Part shown: positions 6,513 to 15,718 of the stretch, in pieces
Numbering within the stretch: the stretch's first letter is position 1
Layout of the letters: the number at the start of each line of letters is the position of its first letter
Origin: Minisyncoccota bacterium
GTDB taxonomy: Bacteria > Patescibacteriota > Minisyncoccia > Phycocordibacterales > UBA5272
DNA length: 64,000 nucleotides
Direction of reading: 5' to 3'
Assembly: GCA_018061825.1 (NCBI GenBank)
Contig: JAGOTK010000002.1
Location: forward strand, 100 to 64,099
Program-made: the position numbers and the translations under genes
The notes under the pieces: generated by a model
What the model was told of the DNA's origin: nothing
Databases searched by the model: none
Seen by the model: the letters and a program-made list of their open reading frames with translations, nothing else

Positions 6513-8540
6513 TTATATATGTAAACTAGATGGATTTATTTCTAAATTAAAATCTGAAAAAAGGGTCGCTATTTTTTTTGCAAGATTTGTAGCTATTATA
6601 TTTCCTTCTTTATCAACGCTTTCTAAAATTTTTTTATTTATTATAATGAATCCTAAATACTCTCCATTTTTAGAGTCTTTTTTCCAAATAATATTTTCTT
6701 CTTTTAATTCTTCTTCTTTTAATATTTCAGAAAAAAGATTTTCTATTCTATTTTTATATTTAATATCTTTTATTTTAAGTCTAAAACTTATAATATTTGA
6801 AAAAGGTGGAAGATTTAAATTTTCTCTATTTTGTAATTCTTTTTCTAAAAATGACAAATAATCATTTTCTTCTATATATTTCCACAACTCAGCATCTTTT
6901 AATCTTGTTTCTATAAATAATTTATTTTTTGTTTTACATTTTTCTTTAAACTCTATTATTAAATTTAAAATCTTTTCGTCCATATTTATTTCTGGAATAG
7001 AAAACAAAGTATCTATAGATATTATCCCAGCAAAATCTATCTTATGATTTTCATTTATATTATTAAGTGCTAAATCTGTCCCTACAAGTATGGAAAGTTT
7101 TTCATTTTGCCATTCTTCTAAAATCTTTTTAATTTTTGTCTTAGTATTTGTATTTTTGCTATCTATTAAAAATACTTTAAATCCATTTTCTTTTAAATTG
7201 TTTTCAATTCCTTCAGAACCAATTCCTATGCCTTCCATTCTCCAGCTACCACAATTTTCACAGGATAAATTTTCTTCTTTTGATATTTCTTTTTTATTTT
7301 TACATATAGCACACAAGTATTCTCTTTTTTTATTTATATTTTCTTTAAATAAAATATATGGCTTTTCACAAGTTTTGCATTTTAATACATGATTACAATC
7401 TTTACAGATAGTTTCTCCTGCTATTCCTTTTCTTTTTGTGTATAAGAATATTTTTCCTTCTCCTTTATTTTTATAATCTTCCAATTTACTTATAACTTCT
7501 TGTTTAAAATATACAGAGCTATATTTTGTTTTTATTTTTTGCTCAGATTTTTCTTTTATTAGATCTAAAATTAATATTTTTTTAGTTTCACTTTTATCTT
7601 TAAAATCTGTTAGTTTTATTTTTTTATTTTTTATATCTTTAAAAGTGTTTAAAGATAAGATTTCTCCACCAATAAGCATTTTTAGTTTTAAAGATAATGT
7701 TATATTTTTTATTATTTCTCTTGAATCTATTTCTTTTTTTATTTTATGTGAATAATAGCTAAAAGAATTTTCTTTATCTATTATGACAAGGTTTAGATTT
7801 ATATTTTTTTCTATTAAAAAAGGAAAAATAGAAGGAGTTGATAATATTATTTTAGGTATTTCTTCATTTAATTTATCGAGATTAAAATCTCTTTCTTTTT
7901 TATTTTGCTCTCCATGAAATATTATTATATTTTCATTAAATTTGCTCTCTATACTATTCTGAAGACTTTTTAAGTCATTTGTAGTAGGGGAGAAAATCAC
8001 ACAAGAGTTTTCTTTTTTAATTTCTTTTTCCAATTCTCTTATATATAGCTCAAATCTTTCTTTTTTATTTCCTAGAACAGCTTCATTTTTACCAACTTTT
8101 TCTTCTTTACTTTGCACTTTTGTATTCAAAGATATATTTTTTACTATTTCTAATAAATAATCATTTAAAAATATCTCTATTATGACACTCTCCGTCACGC
8201 CAAATAAAAAGCTGGATTCCATTAAAGCTTTTATAATTTTTTCATCTATAAAATCTTCTTTTAAAAGTTTTTCTATTTTTTTGAGAGAAAATTTTTCACC
8301 TTTTAGATTTATTTTTTCATTTTTTACATCTTTTAATTCTGACACTATTCCAGAAATTTTTCTATTTCTTATTTTTATTTCTACAAGGCTACCAATTTTT
8401 ATTTTAGTATTTGAAAAGTATGAAAAATATTTTTCTGGAAGTTTTGTAGCTATAGGTATTACTTTTAGGAGATACATATTTATATGTCTTATAATATATT
8501 GGATTATATAATAAAAAAGAGATAATGATAATTTTATCAT
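6513..8540 (-). CDS. priA: Primosomal protein N' (PriA) homolog with Cys-rich zinc-binding region but degenerate Walker A/B (GVTESVII for GVTGSGKT; DKEN for DEEH)
   Basis: Colinear similarity to PriA: N-terminal 3'BD-like region, helicase core blocks (FHGEQNKKER, IILSTPSIFPF, LVIIDKENSFSYY), CxxC…CxxC…CxxC…CxxC cluster, C-terminal domain. Confidence 0.6.
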   Translation of the reverse strand: MIKLSLSLFYYIIQYIIRHINMYLLKVIPIATKLPEKYFSYFSNTKIKIGSLVEIKIRNRKISGIVSELKDVKNEKINLKGEKFSLKKIEKLLKEDFIDEKIIKALMESSFLFGVTESVIIEIFLNDYLLEIVKNISLNTKVQSKEEKVGKNEAVLGNKKERFELYIRELEKEIKKENSCVIFSPTTNDLKSLQNSIESKFNENIIIFHGEQNKKERDFNLDKLNEEIPKIILSTPSIFPFLIEKNINLNLVIIDKENSFSYYSHKIKKEIDSREIIKNITLSLKLKMLIGGEILSLNTFKDIKNKKIKLTDFKDKSETKKILILDLIKEKSEQKIKTKYSSVYFKQEVISKLEDYKNKGEGKIFLYTKRKGIAGETICKDCNHVLKCKTCEKPYILFKENINKKREYLCAICKNKKEISKEENLSCENCGSWRMEGIGIGSEGIENNLKENGFKVFLIDSKNTNTKTKIKKILEEWQNEKLSILVGTDLALNNINENHKIDFAGIISIDTLFSIPEINMDEKILNLIIEFKEKCKTKNKLFIETRLKDAELWKYIEENDYLSFLEKELQNRENLNLPPFSNIISFRLKIKDIKYKNRIENLFSEILKEEELKEENIIWKKDSKNGEYLGFIIINKKILESVDKEGNIIATNLAKKIATLFSDFNLEINPSSLHI

Positions 8541-8588
8541 GTTATAAAATTATCATTTGGTCAACTTATGTTTTTTGTGTTAAATTAG

Positions 8589-9611
8589 ATGAAATATATG
8601 TCATTTTTCGTTAAAAGATTGGGGATAGATTTAGGTACAGAGAATACTTTAATATTTGTCCCAGAAAAAGGTATTGTTCTTAATGAGCCTTCTGTAGTAG
8701 CTGTATCCAAGTATGATAATAAAATATTAGCTATTGGAAATAAAGCAAAAGAAATGATAGGAAAAACTCCTGATGAGATTATAGCTTATAAGCCAATTCG
8801 CGATGGTGTGATAGCTGATTATAGAATGACAGAAATAATGCTTCGTTATTATATAAATAAAGCTTTACCTTCTTTTAATATTTTCAAGCCAGACATAATG
8901 GTATCTGTACCCAGTGGTGTGACAAGTACAGAAAGAAGATCTGTCATAGAGGCTACCATCAAAGCAGGAGCTAAAAATGCCTATGTAGTGAAAGAACCAG
9001 TACTTTCTGCTATTGGTGCTGGAATACCAATTCATGAAGCTAAAGGAAGAATAATTGTAGATATTGGTGGAGGAACTACTGATGTAGCTGTGATTTCTCT
9101 TGGAGGTATAGTGTGTGCAAATTCTGTAAAAGTAGCAGGAAATAAAATGGATAAATCTATTATAGATTATATGAAGAAAGCTCACAATCTTATGATAGGT
9201 GAATACACAGCTGAAGAATTAAAAGTTGAGATCGGAAGCGCTTTACCTCTTGAAGAAGAGCTTGTTATGAATGTAAAAGGTAGAGATTTAGCATCAGGAT
9301 TGCCAAGGACTGTAGAAGTACATACAAATGAAATCACTAAAGCTATAGATAAAGAATTGAAACAAATTATTTTGGCTATTCGTAGTGTGCTTCAAGAAAC
9401 TCCACCAGAATTATCAAGAGATATTATAGATAATGGGATAATTATGAGTGGTGGATCTTCTCAGCTTAGACATTTTTCAATACTTGTAGAAAGAAGAACA
9501 GGAGTAAAAGCTGAGATCGCAAAAGACGCTATATTTTGTGTATCAAAAGGTACAGGAATTGCTCTCACTCATCTAGATGTTTACAAAAAATCAATTCTCT
9601 CAAAAAGATAA
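8589..9611 (+). CDS. mreB: Rod shape-determining protein MreB (copy 1)
   Basis: LGIDLGTENTLIF…NEPSVVAV…DIGGGTTDVAVISLGG actin-fold motifs. Confidence 0.85.
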   Translation: MKYMSFFVKRLGIDLGTENTLIFVPEKGIVLNEPSVVAVSKYDNKILAIGNKAKEMIGKTPDEIIAYKPIRDGVIADYRMTEIMLRYYINKALPSFNIFKPDIMVSVPSGVTSTERRSVIEATIKAGAKNAYVVKEPVLSAIGAGIPIHEAKGRIIVDIGGGTTDVAVISLGGIVCANSVKVAGNKMDKSIIDYMKKAHNLMIGEYTAEELKVEIGSALPLEEELVMNVKGRDLASGLPRTVEVHTNEITKAIDKELKQIILAIRSVLQETPPELSRDIIDNGIIMSGGSSQLRHFSILVERRTGVKAEIAKDAIFCVSKGTGIALTHLDVYKKSILSKR

Positions 9612-9623
9612 AGTCTGCATTGT

Positions 9624-10406
9624 GTGCTGTGTTATCATAATATTATGAATAAATTAAATAAAGATTTGAATGAGATTTTTAAAGAGATTACACATTCTTC
9701 TCATCATGCTTTTTTAATAGAAACAGACTCAAGAGAAAAAGTATTTTCTTTTTTTCAAAAAGAATTATCTGAAATTAAAAATAAATCAGATAAAAGTCTA
9801 TTTTTATCTCTTCAAGTTTTTGATATTGCAAAAACAAAAGAAATTTTAAATTATGTAAAGATTACTTTTAGTGACTCTTATTTTATTGTAATTTCTTTTT
9901 ATTCCATAAACAGAGAAGCACAAAATTCACTTTTAAAATTTTTAGAAGAAGCTCCAAATAATTTAAAAATAATATTAATTTCTCATGGTGGAGCTAAGAT
10001 AGTAAATACGGTCTATTCTAGAGTTTATCAATTAGAATATTTTGAAAATAACGAAAAGTTTTTAAATTCTTATAATGATTTAGCAAAAAAATTTTTAGAA
10101 AACGATAAAATATCCCGTATAAGATTAGAAGAAATTGTCGAGCTCTTAAATAGGAAAGACGAATACGCTTTAAATGTAGAAGATAAAGAAAGATCAGATA
10201 GAGAATCTATAGAGCTTTTTCTTTTGGCTTTATATGAAGAATTATTTTTGGAGTTTAAAAAAGAATCAAAAAAAGAAAAAATAAAAATTTTAGAAGACGC
10301 TCTTAAAGAAATAAATATATTTTTGAAATATATAAAAACTAACTCTAGTAGTGGAAAAACTATATTAGAATATTTATCTTTAAAATTACCAAAAATTTCA
10401 AAATAG
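9624..10406 (+). CDS. holB: DNA polymerase III delta' subunit-like protein (HolB family, no Walker A)
   Basis: HHAFLIE…, SINREAQNSLLKFLEEAPNNLKIILIS…SRVYQ matches the delta' sensor/box pattern (aaNALLKtLEEPP…SRC). Confidence 0.5.
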   Translation: MLCYHNIMNKLNKDLNEIFKEITHSSHHAFLIETDSREKVFSFFQKELSEIKNKSDKSLFLSLQVFDIAKTKEILNYVKITFSDSYFIVISFYSINREAQNSLLKFLEEAPNNLKIILISHGGAKIVNTVYSRVYQLEYFENNEKFLNSYNDLAKKFLENDKISRIRLEEIVELLNRKDEYALNVEDKERSDRESIELFLLALYEELFLEFKKESKKEKIKILEDALKEINIFLKYIKTNSSSGKTILEYLSLKLPKISK

Positions 10407-10472
10407 CTTTTCAGGTACATTGTTAAAATATTTGAGTTTTTTTATTAAGAGTGTATAATTATTTTAATTAAA

Positions 10473-10862
10473 ATGAGATTCAAAAGACAACAAAAAAATA
10501 TTTTAATAATAATACTAAACCTAGTAGCTTATATTATTTTTTCCTTGTATATACCAATACACACTTTAAGTATGAATACGGCTCATGAGATGGATATGCC
10601 AAAAGAACAGTGTCCTTTTATTACTAATAATAATTTGGTATGTGGGTCTATTTTTAAAAAAGGTTCTGATCTATTAGATAATTTTATTTTAAATAATTTA
10701 ATAAATAATTCTCTATTAGCTGGTTTAATTTTGTTATCTATTTATATTTATATATTTTATAACTATTTATTAATCAAGTTAAAAAATATCAAACAATACA
10801 AGATTTCTATATTATTAAAAATGATATTTTCAGACGGTATTTTAAATTCTAAAGCTTTTTAA
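10473..10862 (+). CDS. Hypothetical membrane protein
   Basis: Predicted TM segments; no known motifs. Confidence 0.35.
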   Translation: MRFKRQQKNILIIILNLVAYIIFSLYIPIHTLSMNTAHEMDMPKEQCPFITNNNLVCGSIFKKGSDLLDNFILNNLINNSLLAGLILLSIYIYIFYNYLLIKLKNIKQYKISILLKMIFSDGILNSKAF

Positions 10863-10932
10863 ATAATTTATTTTAAACAAATTATTATTGTGTTAATTAT
10901 TATAAAATTTAAAAAACTAACAAAACAAATTT

Positions 10933-11424
10933 ATGTCAATGACACATTACATGGAGCTTTTAGGTACAAATCAACCTTGGAATCTTATTATATTTATGGC
11001 TATACCAGTTATTTTGGCTGAGACTATTGCTATAACAGAGTTGTATATTTTATTTACAAGAAAATTTGATACCATTGCAAATAAAATAAATAAAATTTCT
11101 AGCATTATGGGAGGAATATATTTTTTCGGAGTATTCGTATATTTGATGAAGAATGCTTTTATTCCGATAACTATTACAAATTCATGGAGAGGTCCTTTTG
11201 ATTTTATTGCTGTATCTTCGTATTTACTCGGAGTCATACCTCTAGTAGGAATGGCTTTACTTGAGCTTAAGATAATAGGTAAAAATAAACCTCAAATTGA
11301 AAAATTAAAATTGCATTCAATATTTGTTGCGATATTTCTAGTTGTGGCTCATGTGGCTATGATATTTGGAATGATTAACCCTCAAATCATGAGTCATGTT
11401 TCCAATCCTATAATGGACATGTGA
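10933..11424 (+). CDS. Hypothetical polytopic membrane protein (ends in TGA)
   Basis: Four or five hydrophobic helices; TGA stop at 11422-11424. Confidence 0.4.
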   Translation: MSMTHYMELLGTNQPWNLIIFMAIPVILAETIAITELYILFTRKFDTIANKINKISSIMGGIYFFGVFVYLMKNAFIPITITNSWRGPFDFIAVSSYLLGVIPLVGMALLELKIIGKNKPQIEKLKLHSIFVAIFLVVAHVAMIFGMINPQIMSHVSNPIMDM

Positions 11425-11592
11425 TATTTTTAAATTAATTATCTTTTTAAAAATACTTAAGACTTTTAATTAAAATAAACCTTGTCGATATGATAGGGTT
11501 TATTTTTTTTATTTTAAAAATAATAATATTTCTTATAAATACATGTTTTTATAAATCAAAGACATTGTGTTATAATTTCTAAAAATAAATTT

Positions 11593-12147
11593 ATGTCATA
11601 TGACTTTAAAAAATTCAAAGAAGATAAGGATAAAATAACTGATTATTTGTCTTCTGAATATAAAAGTATTCAAACAGGAGCTGCTTCTCCTCAGGTTTTA
11701 GATTTGATAACGGTAGATTCTTATGGAGCAAAAATGAATATCACACATGTTGCTTCTGTAAGTATTGAAAGTTCAGCAAATCTTTTAGTAAATCCTTATG
11801 ATAAAAATCTCTCTAAAGAAATCGAAAGAGCTATAAATGAAGCAGATTTAGGATTATCAGTATCTACTGACTCATCTGGTCTTCGTGTCTATTTTCCAAA
11901 GCCAACTACAGAATCAAGACAAAAGATGGTGAAAGTGATAAGGGAAAGACTGGAAGAAGCTAGAGTGAAAATAAGAGGAATAAGAGAAGAGAATAAAAAA
12001 GAAATTGAAGCAGCTTGTAAAGAAGGAGAATTTGGAAAAGACGAAGAGTCTAGATATTTAGAAGAATTACAAAATTTAGTATCTTCTTCAAATTTTGAAC
12101 TAGAATCTATTTATTCAAAAAAAGAAAAAGACATATTAGGAATATAA
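11593..12147 (+). CDS. frr: Ribosome recycling factor
   Basis: Length and motifs (…ITVDSYGA…NPYDKNL…LGLSVSTD…RVYFPKPTTESRQ…) typical of RRF. Confidence 0.85.
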   Translation: MSYDFKKFKEDKDKITDYLSSEYKSIQTGAASPQVLDLITVDSYGAKMNITHVASVSIESSANLLVNPYDKNLSKEIERAINEADLGLSVSTDSSGLRVYFPKPTTESRQKMVKVIRERLEEARVKIRGIREENKKEIEAACKEGEFGKDEESRYLEELQNLVSSSNFELESIYSKKEKDILGI

Positions 12148-12150
12148 TAT

Positions 12151-13320
12151 ATGACAATAATAATTTTTATCCTTATACTTTTACTTTTAGTACTTATTCA
12201 TGAGGCTGGACATTTTTTTGCAGCAAAAATATCTAAAGTAAAAGTAGAAGAGTTTGCTTTTGGTTTTCCTCCAAAGATTTATTCCTTTAAAAAAGGAGAA
12301 ACAAATTATGTAATCAATGCTTTACCTATAGGTGGATATGTAAAAATATATGGTGAAAATGGAGAAGATGATAAAGACGAGAAAAAAAAGAGTTTTGTAA
12401 ATAAAAGTCCTCTTATAAAAATATTTATATTGTCAGCTGGAGTAATAATGAATATTTTATTAGCTTATGTACTTATTACTATCTCACTTTATGGGACTTC
12501 TAATTTTCAAGTAGATAGCAATACGACAGAATATCAGACTTTTTTGAAGGATGGCAGAATAAAAGATGAATATCTTGTAGTGGCAAGTGTACTTGAAAGA
12601 TCACCTGCAAAAAATTCAGGCCTTGAGATTGGTGATAGAGTGAATAGTATTTATTTAAATCAAGAAGATAAAGAAGGAAAGATATTGCTTTATAAAAATT
12701 TAAGTCTAGATGATAGTAGTGAAAATATTACAAAAAGTATAGTAGAAAATTCAAATGATATACAAGGTGGCTTTGGAGATTCTGTTACGATAGTCTATAA
12801 AAATAAAAGCGGTTTAGCTACAACAACTATCGCAGGAGTCTATGGTCTCGAAGGGTCAAAAGATAAAAAGTTGTTAGGATTATCTTTTGTAAAATTTGCA
12901 AGAGTAAATCTAAAGCCATCTGAAGCTTTTTATATAGGATTTTTAAAAACAAAAGAAGCCTTATCTGGCACACTTACAGGTTTTTGGGATTTAATTTCAA
13001 ATTTATTTAAGAATGGCAAAGTTTCTGAAAATATTTCTGGTCCAGTAGGAATCTTTAATATGATAGGAGGAGCTAGTCATCTTGGTTTTGATTATTTGCT
13101 TTTATTTGCAGCTATATTATCAATATCTTTGGCTGTATTCAACATACTTCCATTTCCAGCTCTTGATGGAGGAAGAATATTATTTGTTTTAATAGAGTGG
13201 GTCACAGGTAAGAAAATATCTGAAAAATGGCAAGGAATTTTAAACGGGGCTGGATTTATTTTTCTTATTTTACTTATGGTGGTGATTTCTATCAGAGATC
13301 TTATACATTTGATAAAGTAG
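12151..13320 (+). CDS. rseP: RIP zinc metalloprotease RseP (site-2 protease) with PDZ domain
   Basis: HEAGHFFAAK (HExxH) in TM1, central PDZ-like region, C-terminal LDGG motif. Confidence 0.8.
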   Translation: MTIIIFILILLLLVLIHEAGHFFAAKISKVKVEEFAFGFPPKIYSFKKGETNYVINALPIGGYVKIYGENGEDDKDEKKKSFVNKSPLIKIFILSAGVIMNILLAYVLITISLYGTSNFQVDSNTTEYQTFLKDGRIKDEYLVVASVLERSPAKNSGLEIGDRVNSIYLNQEDKEGKILLYKNLSLDDSSENITKSIVENSNDIQGGFGDSVTIVYKNKSGLATTTIAGVYGLEGSKDKKLLGLSFVKFARVNLKPSEAFYIGFLKTKEALSGTLTGFWDLISNLFKNGKVSENISGPVGIFNMIGGASHLGFDYLLLFAAILSISLAVFNILPFPALDGGRILFVLIEWVTGKKISEKWQGILNGAGFIFLILLMVVISIRDLIHLIK

Positions 13321-13442
13321 AAAATTTAAAAAATAAAAAAGTCATTCTTTTACGAATGACTTTTTGTATTGCTTTAAAAAGCAATACTTACTCAGGGGTA
13401 ATATTTATTATTAATAAAAACCTAACAATATAATAGGATTTT

Positions 13443-13477
13443 ATAATTATTTTGTCAAGCATATATTTATATGATAA
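13443..13477 (+). promoter_or_regulatory. sigma70-like promoter (TTGTCA-17-TAATAT) for mreB copy 2
   Basis: The ORF-track TTG 'start' at 13452 is actually the -35 hexamer; the true ATG is at 13506. Confidence 0.4.
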
Positions 13478-13505
13478 TATAGGAAGACATTTACTCTCTT
13501 TTATT

Positions 13506-14570
13506 ATGATAAAAAAATTCTTAAGAAGATTTTCTAATGATATAGGAATTGATCTTGGTACTACAAATACTTTGGTTTCTTTAGCTGGCGCAGGTATAGT
13601 TATCAATGAGCCTTCTGTAGTAGCTATAAACAATAAGACAAATAAAATTATTGCTCTTGGTACAGAAGCAAAAAATATGATGGGTCGTACGCCAGAACAT
13701 ATATCTATTGTTCGTCCTATTATTGATGGAGTAATTTCTGATTATGAAGTGACAGAAGAATTTTTATCTTATCTAATAAATAAAGCTAATAATTTAAATA
13801 AAAAGTTTTTAGGTCCAAGAGTTGTCATAGGTATTCCAATTGGTATTACAGATGTAGAGATTCGTGCAGTAGAAGATGCTGCTATTGCAGCTGGGGCTAG
13901 AGAAGTATTTATAATCGAAGAACCTGCTGCTGCAGCTATAGGCATGGGTCTCTCAGTGCATACTCCTATTGGCTCTATGATAATAGATATAGGAGGAGGA
14001 ACTACAGATATTGCTATACTCTCTTTATCTGGAATAGTTAGAAGAAAAAGTTTAAAAATAGCAGGAGATAAAATGAATCAAGATATTATGTCTTATTTAA
14101 AATCTCAATATAAGATTATCATAGGAGAAAAGACTGCAGAAGAAATAAAATTAGAAATAGGAAGTGCTTTACCAGATGAAGATCCTACACATCACTTGAG
14201 AGAAATGTCTGTAAAAGGAAGAGATTTAGCTACTGGTTTACCAAAAGAAATAATGGTAGGAGAAATAGATATTAGAGAAGCTATGTATGGAAGTGTCTTT
14301 GCTATTGTAGATGCAGTGAAAGAAGTTTTAGAGGTTTCTCCTCCAGAAGTTTTGGGTGATATTTTAAAAAGTGGAATAGTCTTAACAGGAGGAGGAGCTT
14401 TGATAAGAAATATTGAAAAACTTTTTGAAATGCAATTAAAGGTTAAAACGATAGTTTCTTTGAGTGCATTAGTCGATGTAGCTACAGGATGTGGATTTGT
14501 GTTAAATGAGATTGAAAAATATTCAGAGCTTGTGATAAAAAATAGAGATGAAGTCTTTTTTAATAAATAA
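13506..14570 (+). CDS. mreB: Rod shape-determining protein MreB (copy 2)
   Basis: IGIDLGTTNTLV…NEPSVVAI…DIGGGTTDIAILSLSG; start re-assigned to the ATG at 13506. Confidence 0.85.
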   Translation: MIKKFLRRFSNDIGIDLGTTNTLVSLAGAGIVINEPSVVAINNKTNKIIALGTEAKNMMGRTPEHISIVRPIIDGVISDYEVTEEFLSYLINKANNLNKKFLGPRVVIGIPIGITDVEIRAVEDAAIAAGAREVFIIEEPAAAAIGMGLSVHTPIGSMIIDIGGGTTDIAILSLSGIVRRKSLKIAGDKMNQDIMSYLKSQYKIIIGEKTAEEIKLEIGSALPDEDPTHHLREMSVKGRDLATGLPKEIMVGEIDIREAMYGSVFAIVDAVKEVLEVSPPEVLGDILKSGIVLTGGGALIRNIEKLFEMQLKVKTIVSLSALVDVATGCGFVLNEIEKYSELVIKNRDEVFFNK

Positions 14571-14585
14571 GACTTTATATAAATT

Positions 14586-15536
14586 ATGCAATCTAAAGAG
14601 AAAAACTATTTTAAGAATAATTTTATATGGATACTTGTATTTTTGTTTTTCTTACTCTCTTTTCCTAAAATAAAAAGTTTTTTTAATTCTTCAAATCAAA
14701 ATAAAGATAAAAATATTCCAGAAAGTTTTTTATATTCTATAAATAGAAGTATAATTTCTTCTACAGATTTTTTTTATAATATTGGCGATTATTTTTTATC
14801 AAAAAAAACTTTATTAAATAAAATTTCTGATCTTCAGACTCAATTAGAAATACAAAAGTATCACTCAGTAATAAATTCTTCTGACTCTTTGGAAAATTTA
14901 GAAAATAATCCTTTAGAAAATATAGACATATCATTAAAAAACAAATCTCTTATAAACAAAGATTTGCCAGTCGTAGCTAAAAAGATATTTTTAGATTTTA
15001 CTTCTATTTACGACACTATACTATTAGACAAAGGCTTTTCTTCAGGTGTAGAAAAAGGCGATATTGTATTTCTTTATCCAAATCACATTATTGGAGAAGT
15101 CGAAAATATAAACCCAAATACATCTTTGGTGACTTTATATTCTAAAAATAAAAATAAAATAGAAGGTACTTTAAAAGTTTCAAAAAATAATTCTTCTGTT
15201 ATTTTAAATAAGACTTTAGAGGATTTACAAGATTCTAACATTGCTTCTTCTTCTTCTTCTTCATCTTTAATTTTAAATAAAAGTCATAAAGAAAAAAAAG
15301 AAAGTAGTATTCTCATAGACATATATGGAAATGGTAGTGGCGACTTCTTTGCAACACTTCCAAATAATTTAGATATATCTATAGGTACTATTATTTATTT
15401 AAGTAGTGATGAAAATAAAGCTTTAGGAGAAGTTGTGAAGGTGGAAAAACAAGAAGCTTCATTTTACGAAACAGTACTTATAAGAGGTTATTTTAATAGT
15501 AGATTAAATGAGGATTATTATATAATGCATAAATAA
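14586..15536 (+). CDS. mreC: Probable MreC (N-terminal TM, coiled coil, beta-rich C-terminal domain)
   Basis: Position immediately after mreB; architecture only, weak sequence identity. Confidence 0.4.
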   Translation: MQSKEKNYFKNNFIWILVFLFFLLSFPKIKSFFNSSNQNKDKNIPESFLYSINRSIISSTDFFYNIGDYFLSKKTLLNKISDLQTQLEIQKYHSVINSSDSLENLENNPLENIDISLKNKSLINKDLPVVAKKIFLDFTSIYDTILLDKGFSSGVEKGDIVFLYPNHIIGEVENINPNTSLVTLYSKNKNKIEGTLKVSKNNSSVILNKTLEDLQDSNIASSSSSSSLILNKSHKEKKESSILIDIYGNGSGDFFATLPNNLDISIGTIIYLSSDENKALGEVVKVEKQEASFYETVLIRGYFNSRLNEDYYIMHK

Positions 15537-15537
15537 T

Positions 15538-15714
15538 ATGAAAATAATACAAAATAAATTTTTAAAATTTTTGATAGTTTGCATATTTTTGTTTTTCTTT
15601 ATTTTTTCTTTATTTTTTGATATTGCTTTATCAAATTTTGACATTCCTGTATTATCAACTATATTTTTTTTATTTTTTATTTCTTATAGATTTTTAAGGC
15701 CCCATTTAAGATAA
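15538..15714 (+). CDS. Small hydrophobic ORF (58 aa) in the mreD position; possible degenerate MreD or membrane peptide
   Basis: ATG 15538, TAA 15712-15714; two predicted TM helices; synteny mreC-[x]-mrdA. Confidence 0.3.
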   Translation: MKIIQNKFLKFLIVCIFLFFFIFSLFFDIALSNFDIPVLSTIFFLFFISYRFLRPHLR

Positions 15715-15718
15715 TCTT

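Noticed and set aside
13452-13505. ORF-track N-terminal extension of mreB copy 2 (TTG at 13452)
   Set aside because: The TTG lies in a TTGTCA -35 hexamer of a good promoter. The homologous MreB N-terminus begins at the ATG at 13506.
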